This document shows, in pieces, positions 12,553-26,259 of a DNA stretch of 64,000 bases (positions within the stretch are counted from its first letter, which is position 1; the number at the start of each line of letters is the position of its first letter). The stretch comes from Octopus vulgaris. Taxonomy: Eukaryota. The position numbers were made by a program, and so were the translations under genes. The stretch is taken from positions 71,424,001-71,488,000 of the forward strand of contig OX597824.1 in NCBI GenBank assembly GCA_951406725.2. The letters are read 5' to 3'. The notes below the pieces were generated by a model that saw nothing but the letters and a program-made list of their open reading frames with translations, searched no databases and had not been told where the DNA came from.

Positions 12553-13114
12553 GAGTGGGTGTATATGTAGATGTGTATGTGTACACACACACACAAATGT
12601 AATATATGTGTATGTGTGTGCATGTCAAATACCTTTACCCTCTCAACCATTACTGTAGTTAATGCTCTAATGATAATTTTTATTGATGCTATGGTCAGGA
12701 CTGTAGAACATATAACAATAATTGCCAGGTATGGCTTCAAACCTCTTATTCCATATCTCTTTCTCTTTTCTACTTTTTATTGTCATCATTAGCCAGCTCT
12801 CCGAGGAATTGAAATGGATAAGATATTAAATAATATATGCTTACAAATTGAAGTATGTTCCAGCCAAGCATTCTATTGTGCTGATGTTCAATTCTCAATG
12901 ACTGAATCCATCTACCTATTAGTACATATCTTATTGGGTATGTTTCTTGTACATCCAAGTCATTTTATGTGTTTCTTTTATGTCCAAGTTCTTTCTGTAT
13001 ATCTGCAATAAATTCTCTTAGTTTATTTTATTTCATTAACCCTTACTGCTGAATTAAAACTTAACCCACACTTTAAAGTTCTTAAACAATGATGAATGGA
13101 TTAAATATACTTAC

Positions 13115-13243
13115 CTGAAAGGTAGCAAAAAATAAATTTGATGTGAATGTAACCTGTGCTATGACTGAAGGAAACGCAATGCAAATTTTGCATAAATTAG
13201 CATGAAAGAGTCGGGATAGTGATTTAAAACACACAGATGCCAT
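13115..13243 (-). CDS. Candidate short coding segment of an unidentified divergent gene (MASVCFKSLSRLFHANLCKICIAFPSVIAQVTFTSNLFFATFQ), within candidate exon 13115-13377
   Basis: Strong - strand acceptor (ttgtttgttttcttgatttcag, ending 13378), a perfect CAG|GTAAGT donor at 13115/13114, and 43 open codons from ATG to the donor. No homology recognised. Confidence 0.3.
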
Positions 13244-13398
13244 TTATATTCACTTGTGTATTGTTGAGTAGCACATTTACAATCTGGTCGCTGACTCAAT
13301 TCCACTGCATCTGTTTCAAACAATTTCAGGCTGTCATTTGTTCAGTAGGCTCAATAGTGATAAATATTTTATTGTGGCTGAAATCAAGAAAACAAACA

Positions 13399-13450
<52 letters not shown>

Positions 13451-13452
<2 letters not shown>

Positions 13453-14765
13453 TCATCGTTTAACGTCCGCTTTCCATGCTGGCATGGGTTGGACGGTTTG
13501 ACTGAGGACCGGTGAGCCAGATGGCTGCACCGGGCTCCAATCTGATCTGACAGAGTTTCTACAGCTGGTTGCCCTTCCTAATGCCAACCACTCCGAGAGT
13601 GTAGTGGGTGCTTTTACATGTCATGGGCACGAGGGCCAGTCAGGCAGTACTGGCAACGGCCATGCACAAATGGTGTTTTTTATGTGCCACCTGCACAGGA
13701 GCCAGTCCAGCGGCATTGGCAACGACCTCGCTCAAATGTTGTTTTCCACATGCCACCGGCATGTTTTCGGTCACTAGTCATTGCCTCGGTGAGGCCTAAT
13801 GTTCGAAGGTCGTGCTTCACCACCTCATCCTGGGTCTACCTCTTCTACAGGTTCCCTCAACTGCTAGGGTATGACACTTTTTCACAGAGCTATCCTCATT
13901 CATTCTCACCACATGACCATACCAGTGCAGTCGTCTCTCTTGCACACCACATCTGATGCTTCTTAGGTCCAACTTTTCTCGCAAGGCACTTGCACTCTGT
14001 TGAGTATGCACACTAACATTACACATCCAGCGGAGCATACTGGCTTCATTCCTTGCGAGCTTATGCATGTCCTCAGCATTCACTGCCCATGTTTCACTGC
14101 CATGTAGCATGACTGTTTGTACACATGCATCATACAGTCTACCTTTTACTCTGAGCAAGAGGCTCTTTGTCACCAGCAGAGGTAGAAGCTCTCTGAACTT
14201 TGCCCAGGCTATTCTTATTCTAGCAGCTACACTTTCAGAGCACCCACTCCCACAACTGACTTAGTCACCTAGGTAACAGAAGCTATCAACTACTTGTAGT
14301 TTTTCTTCCTGGAATGTAGCAGAAGTTAGGGTTAGTTGTTCTCTGCACATTTTCAGTGTTTATTGCTCCTGAGTATCTGCCACATACAAAAACTATCTTC
14401 CCAGTTAACCTTTCTTTGATATTGCTGCACCTCCTATGTGTCCAAAGCTTACACTGGCTAGCAGGGCCATCTACCTGAAGGGATTTGTGGTTTGGCTGCT
14501 TTTCTACTTATTAGGACATTGATTTTAGCCAGGTCGACTCTAAGGCCCTTCGATTCTAATCCTTACTTCCACACCTGAAACTTCTCCTCTAGTTCTGATA
14601 GTGACTCAGCAATTAGAGCAAGGTCATCAGCATAGAGGAGCTCCCAGAGGCATCCTGTCTTGAATTGCTCTGTTATTGCCTGGAGGACTATGATAACTAG
14701 GAGGGGGCTGAGGATTGAACCTTGGTGGACCCCTTCCTCTACCTGGAATTCTTCACTGTACTATG
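13451..14765 (-). mobile_element. 5'-truncated RTE-clade LINE (decayed RT C-terminus and 3' tail)
   Basis: The - strand encodes GVHQGS-LSPLL...QAITE-FKTGC-WELLYADDLALIAES and KGRLYDACV...MLHGSETW...RRL-WYGHV. It ends in the shared 3' tail with (GAT)n. Confidence 0.92.
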
Positions 14766-15479
14766 TACTATGTGTTCCCCTGTTGTCATCAGCTTGTAAA
14801 TGTTCAAGACTAACACTAGCAGCATCGATGTCACTGGTCTGATAGAAATTGTAAAAGTATAGACACAATTCTTTCCTCCTCCGTGCCATTAAAAAAGAAG
14901 ACACCTTTGTATCTCTCAAATGATACAAAGTATTCCTTTTGGCTTCTTTCTTTCTGTTTTTTTTTTGTTGTTAACCAGTTAACTCCCTTGTTTGCTATGC
15001 ACAGCTCATCTTCTTGTCTGGTTTATGTTTCATAGTTAACTCCCCTTTAGTTTTTTTTTTTTGATCCTTCATCATTCGTCTCTTTTGCTGCATTGCTCAT
15101 CTATGAAGTCACTCACTCGATAGTTAACTCCCTTAATTGACTCATCTTTCCTTTGACTATCCCATATTTTTTTCAGACAGGGTATCTGAAAATCCTTATC
15201 CATTTCATAGATCAGTTAGGCAGTATTTAACGAATAGTATGCTGTTGTTTCTAGTAGGTCGAGCGATCGTGTAAGAGCATGTACGGGCAACCTTTTCCAG
15301 GAAGCGGGTCGCGTGAGACAGTTCCTCACCAGTCGCAATACTAAAAGAATTAGGTGCCAAGAAGGAATTAAAGAAAATCTTTTTGTTAGAGGTGCCATTG
15401 AGAAAGTCCCACGGACCGCAAGCTGCCCACGACTGCCGTAGAGGAAATTCGTTCCTCCCCATCGCTTATTCCCAAGAAT

Positions 15480-17435
15480 TTACCAATTACCTGCTCACCT
15501 ACACACCGTTTCATTTCAACGGTCTTTGATGCAACCCCCTACTTTTCTACTCGCTCTGTCTGCTCACTTCGTTTCATCTATCGCTCTGAATATTGGATCG
15601 AATGTCAAGTGCAGTTTTACGCTAGTTTTTAGTTTATTTGTCGACTGCTTAGATTTCAGTTGCTGTGGTATCAAGGACTTTAAAATGTGACTCCCCTCTG
15701 CACAGCAGCCTGCTTTGCTTTCTTTTATTCTCGTCAATTAAACTAAATGATCTCTCCCTCCCTCCTCTCCTTTCTCTCTCTCTATCACACAGTCGTCCTT
15801 TTCCCCTTTCCCAATAGTTAACACCCTCTTACTGTATCACTTATTTCGTTTCGATCTGCTTCTTAACGAACGTCATCGAATCGCATGTTTTTATGACAGT
15901 TTGTAGTTTAGTAGTCGTCTGCCTAGCGATCATAATTAGCACTAATCTACCAGAACTTTTATCAAATACGTTCCAGCCATGGCCAGCTCATCTTTGAGCA
16001 TACATAAAATACTATATCGTGTTAGGAACTCCAACATCCAATATATTCTTCGATTTATTTTTTATTTTTAAAGTAGTAAGTGTTTGATTTAAGGGATATC
16101 TGGCTGCTGTTTCTAATAGCGATTCACAAAATAGAGGCTTCCTCGTTTCATTTATTAAAATTTTTTCTTTTCATCATTGGTTTCATAACGAGTGCAGTCG
16201 AATCTTTAAAATTGCTTTTACGACAGCTAAGAGTTTAGCAGTCGCTGGCCTTGGTAGTATTTTGGTTGCCGTGCTATCAAGGTCTTTTAAATACTAAAAC
16301 ACGTCTCCCCACCCTTACATACACACTCTCTTAATCTTCTTTCTCTCCACTCATATTCTTCTCTTTCTCTCTCACTCACTACTATCTTTATTTATCACTC
16401 CTATTCTCTGCTCTGATATTTCTTTCGCTCTATTACTCACCATTTTTTATTCTGCCCCCCTCCCTCACATTTATTCCCTCTCTCTCACTAACATTTCCCT
16501 TTGCTCTTACCCTTTTATATCCCTACGTTCCATCTCTAGCATTTATTCCTTTTCCTTTCACTCTACTTTCCCCCTCTAGCATTTATACCCCTTTCTATTA
16601 CACCCCTCTCATATATTTATACCCGTTTCCAGTTACTCTACTTACCTTCTCTAATATTTATTTTCCCTTTCTCTTACTCTCCTCCCCTTCTATTTCTTCC
16701 CTAATCCTTACATTCTCTTTCTCTATTAACACTATCCCTTGTCCTTCCCCCCATATTTCTCTCTCTCTGTCTCTCTTTCACTCCCCTCTATTTCACTCTC
16801 TCTCTTTCCTTTTCTCCCTCACTTCTACTAGAAGTAAGCGAGGAGCGTGCAGGCTAACCCTGAAATGGCGAGAGATGACGAGATTAGAACGAGATGTAAA
16901 GACAGCTGACGTCAGTCAAAGTTGGCTTATCTTTTAGCTTTGATAACAACAACAACTTGGGGGAAAAGCTAAAAACGAACAAAAAAACAAGCAAAGCGAA
17001 AAAAAAAAACGAAACGAACAAAAACAAAAAAAAAGTAAAAGACAGGAAACAACAACAACAAAAACACCCCCTCCTTTTTTTATAATACATCATTTTAGAC
17101 CTTTTAAATTTGTTATATATTTATATATACATATATATACATATTTTTTAAGAAGGGGAAAAAAGGCCCAAAAATCAACAACTCAAGGATATATAAGGAA
17201 AAGAGACGTTAAACATCAAGCAAAACAAACAAACACACATACATATATGTGTATACACACACACACACATTAATATATCTGCACACACATTGACACAACC
17301 ATAACAATAGTAATAATATGTTGTTATTAGTATTGTTATAATACTAATAACATTTATTATAATATACTACTAATAACTGTAACAGTATTAATAGTGATTA
17401 TAGCTTCATACAAAATTGGATTTATTTTAGAGCAG
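15480..17435. promoter_or_regulatory. Putative bidirectional promoter / first-exon region (possibly the distal AKT promoter)
   Basis: CpG-retaining unique sequence. Palindromic CRE CTGACGTCAG at 16906-16915, YY1-like GAAATGGCG at 16862-16870, Inr-like TCAGTC at 16912. A + strand donor CAG|GTAATG at 17435/17436 and - strand donors at 15490 and 15498. Confidence 0.5.
16300..16828 (+). repeat. Pyrimidine-rich low-complexity tract with degenerate ~35-40-bp periodicity
   Basis: Very few G on the + strand. Recurring ctctagcattta(t)-like units at ~16463, 16535, 16574, 16606 and 16649. Confidence 0.75.
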
Positions 17436-17482
17436 GTAATGTATTCGTTAAGAACCAATTTTTGTTTGTGTGTGTATATGTT

Positions 17483-17523
<41 letters not shown>

Positions 17524-17788
17524 TTGCCTTTTTAAGCTTTCTTTTTGTCGTAGTCTCTTGTGTGTTGGTTGTGCTGAGGAAAAAAAATCTATTTTTAATT
17601 CTGTAGACTTATTACAGGGCACTGCACGGCACCGTCACACATTCAAATGTGCCTATTTATTTTCACAGACATACACACATTCACGGACACTTTTTCTTTT
17701 TTACAGATACTCCCATAATTTTTCCACAGACGCAACTGCTTTATATTGTTCATATATGAAACATACACACGCACACACGTATATCTTA

Positions 17789-17826
<38 letters not shown>

Positions 17827-20381
17827 ACCTGCACACATGTGTCTGAATGTATAAATTGCTTCGTTCTTGCATTTTTAAAAATTTTCTTCTATATGCATCT
17901 AACAAAATGTTTACATGAAATTGAAGTTTGTTTCCTCTTAAACACTCCTCTCTCATACTATTTGTGTTAGCTATAAAACACACGGATAGGCATACAGTGT
18001 TTACAGTTCATTATTTTCTTTGATATGCATCTATCTATTCATTTATTTATTATTTGAAGTATAGAATGGAAAGGAGAGGGGGGGGAATATCCATTTAAAA
18101 ATCGAATGCCCGACTTCACCACCGCCACACTATAAATCAAATGTGAATGGTGATGTATCTGGTTTTTTCTTTTTTACTCCATCCCTCCCCTTCATACTTT
18201 GATTCATAAAACGTGTAATTATTATTCCCACATACAAATATATTTATTACATCTCTTTATAATAGTGAACGAGGGAATCTCTACGCTAGAAATAGCTCTC
18301 ACGTCTCTTTCAAATTACATCTTACAGTCTTTTAATAAAAGACACATTAGACAGTGTATTCTTAGATAGACGGGATGATCGTGAGTGGGGGAACGAATTT
18401 CATCCATCGGGTCTCCTCGACCAGGGAATAACTTGAGGCTATACTACGCCTCGTAGAATCATTAAACACTCCACACTCATGAATATATATATATTCCACA
18501 TGTTTTCTATCTATCTGGAGATTATATATATTTTACTAATGGTACTTATTTTATCGATCCCGGAAGAATGAAATGTATAGTCGATCTGGGTGAAAATTTA
18601 TTAAATGAATATACTTTATTATGTATGTGTACTGAGAACCCCACCTCACCAAATTGAAACGTGTGTGTATTATGTATGTAATATCCATATATAAGCTATA
18701 TATTATGTTCACACATTGTGCATACATATACAACTGCGAAACTCTGCTGCTTTCTCATCTATCTATCTATCTATCTATCTAATATATGTATGTAGTGTAT
18801 GTTTCGAATTTCCATCACTATCATCATTGTCAACACCACAGTTCGTATTTAAGATGATGTAGGAGGGGCGGTCTGTCGACAATAAAGCGTGTTGCATTGC
18901 TCTCTATAGTTGCAAGTGGGGGAACAGTGAAGGAGAGAGAGAGAGAGAATAAGGAGAGTTGTAGTAGTTTTACAGTGGGAGGGGGTTCACATATATTCAA
19001 TAAGAGAAGAAATATTACAGAGAGAAAACATTAGAGGGGAGGGTCACGTAAAATGTGTTATCTAGCGAGTTTGTGTGCGTGTTTATACACACACACACAA
19101 ATATATATATATATATATACACACGCGCGCGCATAATGCATAATCTAGGGAAGAAACCTCTACGTGGTCGTTGCAAATAGCAACCAAATCTCCAACTCAT
19201 TACTCTTCCATTTTAGAAAACTATTTATTGAATGGTATGATTCTCAGTGTACTGTGCTCGGGAGAAAACGATGACTTGGTCACGATTGGAAAGGCTTTGA
19301 TTCAAGGTCTGCTCAGACAATGCTGACCTAGGGCTACTCAATATCTGTCTGTGTGTGTGTGTGTGTGTAAAACAAGAACTAATATGAGAGAGGCTGATGC
19401 AAGGAGGCAGTAAAGAGAGGTGGGGGTTACAAAGACACAGAGAAATGGTTTTCATTAGAGATGGTTGTTAGTGTTAGGTAGGGCGTTATATAAAGAATGA
19501 TGAGCTAGACAGTAAAAAAAAAATGGAGAGGAGGAAGAGAGAGAGAGATACATGTTGAGTGAGAAACACGCACATGCATCCATGCATGTGCGACACAGAA
19601 TGATGATTTTTATATCTGCACACACGCACGCTTCTTTTAGTCTTAGGACTGCGGCCATGCAGGAGTAACGCCTTCAGGTTATAAAGCGCTAGTTTTTACA
19701 CGCACACTTACGTCTGAATAAAATGTGTTTGTGTGTGTGGTTAAGAATTCTGCATGGACGACTTGCGTGGTTGTGCATTTTAAGAAATTTGCATCACAGA
19801 TACGTGGCTTCAGGCTCGTTGCGACCATGGGCAAGCATCTTTTACCCAAAGTCTTCAGTTTAACCTAACCTTTTGAGCGAAATTTCGTAAACGGAAACTA
19901 TGGAAGCCCATCAACGGGACCGTTCCTGTTTCTTATGCAGTATATGTAATTGATCGCCCGGTCTAACACCACAACCTGGGGGCTTGAAACAAGCTTCTGG
20001 ACAAGATCTGACGATAACTTTGTTCCCGTTTTTCTCCGAGACTCTACAAAGGTTGATGGGCGCTGTCCTTCCTTGTGTGACTAAACCATTAGAATAAAAT
20101 TAAAAAAAGTTAGTGGTGGGTGCTCTGTAGAGGCGAGACTCTCACTCTTCGTCGTTTAGTAGCTTCATTGCTGTACAACTAATGCCTTGGTCCTTGGGAA
20201 TTACTAACTGCTCAACAGCATAAATACCATTGTTATTCGCTACAGCAGTTCTTGTCGACCGAATATCATCGTCATCTCTGCTTCTCTTAGTTTTCATTAT
20301 TTTTCCTTCTCTTCATACCGCTCCTTATCATTTTATTCACACACTTAAACGCGATGCATATATACGGCCATACACACACTT

Positions 20382-20440
<59 letters not shown>

Positions 20441-21276
20441 TGTGTACGTAAATATATATATACACCCATGTATGTATGCGTGCATATGTATATGTAGTAA
20501 ATAGATACACATGGACTGCACACACTGCATAATTCGTCTAAATTAGGTATTCTCTAAGAAGGTACTAATGAAGTGTTTTGACTAATATATATATATATAT
20601 ACACACACACATGTATGTTATATAGTAATATATACGTATATAAAATGATGCATACATTATGTGTGCGTGTGCGCGCACACAGACAAAATAAGGGAATAAG
20701 GATGTATTTGAGGACATGTTCAGGCATACAATTTCTTTTTTCTTTTTTTTTTTTAAATAATCAGTTTACACTCAGTTTATATGTGTATATATATGTAGAA
20801 ACTAAGCGACGTCTCCGTTTCAAGACACTCCTACTGCTTGGAAAACAAAACGGAATATAAGAATGTATGAAAGTGTCATAATAATAATAATAAGAAGAAT
20901 AACACTTCCTTTAATTAATTTAGAATTTAATAATAATATTAAAATAATAATAACCAGCATTTTAGTTTGGTATTTCTTAGTGTGGGTTTCGGTAAGCCGG
21001 TTCCGTCTATTCCTCCGCTGTTAACCATTTATATAAATAAATATATAAATGTCAGTGAGTCACTCACTCGATCTTCGCCTCTCTATCTCTCCCACTCACA
21101 TTCATGTGTGTGTGTACACATACACACACACATGCAGCAGTCGTTGTCTTCATAATCTTTCCAGCTTTCATCAAGTGTTAATTTCTCGCCGTGCAACATC
21201 CACAGTGTTTCAATACCTTATCTCTCTTTCTCTGATGTACACACACATACAATTTTCATCGTGCATGTGTATACAA

Positions 21277-21313
<37 letters not shown>

Positions 21314-21458
21314 AATATGAGAGAGAATCCACTATGTGGACGCTCTTACGCTAAAGATAGACCGCAAGGGTCTGAACCACTAAGAATTGTTCTCGAGAAA
21401 AATTTAGCACACTATGAATGTAAGCGAGCAGGACAAATGAAAAATAACAAAAATATAG

Positions 21459-21503
<45 letters not shown>

Positions 21504-22218
21504 GATATATTTTTTCACATACATGCATAATTTTTCTCGTGGACATACTCATATATTCAGACATATGGTATCTGTGTCTGTCTCTCTGTCTATCTATCTG
21601 TCTATCTAACTACATGTCTGTCTCTCTGTCTAACTACTTGTCTATGTAGCTATCCATCCATCCATCAAGCAATCTGCATGTGTATGTAAAATACAAACAA
21701 ATTATATAAGTATATATTAAACATGTATACTGTATAATTACACACACACACGCACATATATGATGGTAGTTCTCCATTGTTCGATGATGAAGATACATTT
21801 CATCGGTCAGATGAATTCCATGTTCCACAATTGATGTCTAATTAATGGTTGCGCATTCCACGGCCATGTGTACCCTTAACACACTTCAAAGCTTATAACC
21901 TGTGACATTACAGGTGAATCAGTCTGACAGGCGTGTATACAGATGACATGCAGTGGGAGTGAACACAGGACCTTGTGGTTATGAAATGAACTTCTTTACT
22001 CTTTGCCCATGTGTCTTTTTTTTTTTTACTTGTTTCAGTCATTTGACTGCCACCATGCTGGAGCACCGCCTTTAGTCGAGCAAATCGACTCCCAGGACTT
22101 ATTCTTTGTAAGCCTAGTACGTATTCTATCGGTCTCTTTTGCCGAACCGCTAAGTTACAGGGACTTAAACACACCAGCATCGGTTGTCAAGCGATGTTGG
22201 GGGACAAATACGCGCGCG

Positions 22219-22263
<45 letters not shown>

Positions 22264-22692
22264 GTACGACGGGCCTATTTCAGTTTCCGTCTACCAAATC
22301 CACTCACAAGGCTTTGGTCGGCCCAAGGCTATAGTAGAAGACACTTGCCCAAGGTGCCATGCAGTGGGACTGAACCCGGAACCTATATAATGTCTGTATA
22401 TGTGTGTATGTAATATTTAACATAAATAGGCAGATATATATTGTATATGTATATAATATAGTGTGTGTTAGTTTGCATATACCATATTTAACACATGTAT
22501 ATATATATGTGTGTGTATATATATATACACACATACATACATAGTCTCAAGCATGGCTAAGAGACTGAAGAAATTCACTTTGCAACCACATGGTTTTTTG
22601 GGTTTCAATCCCCAGCCTCACTTCAGTTGTTTTCTACTACAGTCTGGTCTGTGAGGTTTATCTGATAGTCAGAAGCAGCAAGAAGCGTTTAT

Positions 22693-22751
<59 letters not shown>

Positions 22752-24927
22752 CAGTCAGTCTATCAGATGTTATTGCTATATACAGCTGGTCACCATGTAC
22801 TTCCTCATATTGTTGTAGCTTTTAAATGATGCCACTGCACTGGCTAGTGAGCAGGTTGACATTTCCCCTGAGCCAAGCGTCACTCTGTTGCAGGGTTGTG
22901 TGTGTGTGTGTGTGTGTGTATATCACAAACACATGCACACACATATTCGACATTCATTATTGCTTGAGTGAAACAATGCTGATTTGATATTGCTTCTCAG
23001 AATTATGACCAGTTGCTCTGTGCTTTTGCAGGCCTGAGGGATAATAAGGAGCTGGAGAAGTTGTAGAAAAAAGTGTTGGTGAAAGAAAGATGAGGGGTGA
23101 AGGTTGGGGTGTTGCTAAGGTGGTGAAGAAGCCATGTCTGAAGAGCCAGTGTGGAAAAAAGAGGTAGGAGTGGGGTAGCAGCAGATGAATACAGTGAAAG
23201 ATGCAGAGAGTATCATAGAAGCAATGAGTGAGTCGAGGATGGATGAAAGGAGAGCATTCCAACCACATTCATTACCTGTTTTAGTGTTTTTTCTGCCTTA
23301 TTTGCATGAGAGTACAAGTTTACTCCAACACTGTATGTTGTCATTTATCATGGTCCTTTGTCAATCTGTTTTACAAGGGTCAATAACTTTAACTTTTTTT
23401 GTTACCATATTTCTATTGAGATTTGTTACCATATTTCTGTTGAGATTTTGGCGTTAGGAAGGGCATCCAGCCGTAGAAACATTGCCAGATCAGACTGGGC
23501 CTGGTGCAGCCTTCTGGCTTCCCAGACCCCAGTTGAATCGTCCAACCCATGCCAGCATAGAAAGCGGATGCTAAACAATGACGACGATGATGTTGATGAT
23601 GCTCTGTGTTTCTTTCAATTAATTTTAAATATAACAAAGAATTTAGTAAAATAACTTTATCATTAGCTAGTTTGTGACAGGCTTGGTGGCAGATTTTAAT
23701 TTAGAACTTTTGAAAATAAGACATTTGTACTACAGAGCCAGAGGCGGTTTCAGGTGAGTTGGTATCAAAAAAGGTTAAGTCAGTTTTCATTACATTGTCC
23801 CATGTCTTTCTGCATCAGGTATCTGTAACCTTTTTTAAGAAGACTGCATAAGACATGACTCAACATCAGATGAGTCATAGTACTAAAAAAATTCAAGGTA
23901 ACTTTTTGTTTAGCATACTATTCGGAAAGTCCTGCAGGATGCAGATTGCCAATGATGTTTCTAGATCTTTCTTTTCCACAAGCACTGTCCTCTACTTTGG
24001 ATGCTTGGCATTTCCTTTAATATATCCATTATCATTACATACCCTGGTTTGGTATGTGCAACAATAAATCACACTAGAAATCAAATTCTGTTTTATCTGC
24101 AGAAGATCAATTTCATCAATCACTTGGTAGTAGTAGCTTAGATTGTTCAGTGACTGTCCAACAAATCTGTCTGATTTCTTTGCTGTTGTGACATCATTGT
24201 TTAATGTTTGACATTGGTCTCTTGCTTCAAGCAGGGTGCGTTGCTATGTAGCATGGTGAGGTGTCCTACCTGGGCTTGGTGTTTGTGATAGCGATTACTT
24301 AGTGCTGAAAGGTATTGTATTTAATGCCCTGCAAGGCACTGTTATGGCTGTGTAGATACAGAGTTCATTTTGTAATCACCTGGTTTTGGTTCAGTCCCAC
24401 TGTGTTGAACCTTGTGCAACGGTCTTCAACCATAGCCTCAGACTGATCAGTGCTCTGTATTCACAAGTTTATGTGAATTTGATAAATGGAAACTGTACAG
24501 ATATTCATCATACTGATGTTTGTGTGTGTACATAGACATTTACATTCGACATCTTTGCCTCATACAGGAGCAAAGCAGTGAACGTTGTTTACATTCCCTG
24601 TAAACAATATGTCCTTTTGCCTTGTGCATGTTTGAAAAACCTGTGTGTAAGCAATAGTATTTATGGCATTCACCCCTAACTCTTTTGTTACCATATTTCT
24701 GTTGAAATACCCCACCTTTGATTCAATTAATTTTGAAAATGATGAAGAATTTAGTTAAGTAACTTTGTCATTATTAACCTGATGTTTGGAACATAAACCA
24801 ACATGAAATTTTGAAAGCATGTTCAGATCACTTTAGACATGAAGTTTGTATTGTAGAAGTAGAGGTGTCTTGGGCAGGTTGGTATGAAAATGGTTAAAAT
24901 ACTGCCTCAATAAGTCTTTGTCTAACC

Positions 24928-25236
24928 CAGTGGTTCTGAACTGGGGTCCACATGGTCCCTGAGGGTCCATATAAGATTTTTTTGGTGGGGTTCATGTAAC
25001 AAAGAAGTAAATTGGGGATCCATAATAGTATTTTAAGGGCCCCTGAAAAAATTTTGCTTTTGATGTGTGTATTGATATGCATTGCAAGAAACAGCTTTAA
25101 CATTTGTGAAAAATAAAATAGGGATTTTGAAAGGCGTTTCTAGAAAACTAGTTTTTAAATTTCAAATGGCTTTGGGGATCCACCAGAATAAAATAATCAA
25201 AGGAGCCCATATGTAAAAAATGGTTGAGAATCCCTG
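24928..25236. mobile_element. hAT (Charlie-type) MITE, 309 bp, with perfect 8-bp TSD
   Basis: TIRs CAGTGGTTCTGAAC / GTTGAGAATCCCTG and TSD GTCTAACC at 24920-24927 and 25237-25244. Confidence 0.92.
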
Positions 25237-26259
25237 GTCTAACCTATGCCAGCATGTAAAAATGGGTGTAGAAGGTACAAACAAAATCCATACCCAGTAC
25301 ATTCAGCAAAGTGTTTTATGAAGGAGCAAAACTGAAAAGGGATTACAGAGACCACTACATTGTGTCAAGGATGTGACAAAGTGCTTTTATAAAATACACT
25401 TGGTACTCTCTCGGTGGTGATAGGAGGGCATCTTGTATTTTAAGCTATACAAAAGGAAACTGAAACGTGTGAGTGAGACAGTCCTTTAACTCGTCCAAGA
25501 GGTAGTAATATCAAATAAGAACTGAACTGGATCATGATAACCTGTCCAGCCCATACCAGCAGGGAAAGGAAATGTAAAATGATGATAATTGTCATTTAAT
25601 GTCTGCTTTTCCCTACTTTCTTGAGTCAGATGGAATTTATTGAGGCAGAATTTTCTTCAGCCTGATATCCTTTTTATTGCCAGCCCTCACCTGTTTCCAA
25701 GCAAGGTAATATTTCACTGTGGCCAGACATTTTTTCACAAAAAAAACTGGAAATGATCAACATTACGTTTATGATGGTGATACTTATTTACAACCATCAC
25801 ATGTCAAGACAATAGTATGCACATGTACACACACACATATATACATGTATGTCAGGCTTCTCTCAGACTTCCTTCTACCAAATCCACTCACAAAGCTTTG
25901 GTTGAAGACACTTACCCAAGGTATTCAGTGGGACTGAACCATGGTTGGGAAGTAAGCTTTTTCATCACAGAGCCTTGCTTGATATATACACCAGTGTAAA
26001 CATGCCATCTTTTAGATAGCATTGATTACATTGATTTGATATTGTATTATATATTCCTATAGTGTTTATGCATATGGAATGCATGTGGGAAGATTGCTAG
26101 CAGAACATGTAACATGAAGGAAGCTAAAATGTCAATGGTGGGAGTTATAAAATAAAATGCAATTATGTTAAAAGAACATGCATTTATTAAGCAATGAAAA
26201 ATTACTGTCTAAATACTGCCAATAAATTTATATATATATATATAAAACTGTCAGATATA

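Noticed and set aside
23856-23877. Paired AP-1 sites TGACTCA / TGAGTCA
   Set aside because: Short motifs in apparently repeat-derived, CpG-poor sequence that are expected by chance in 64 kb.
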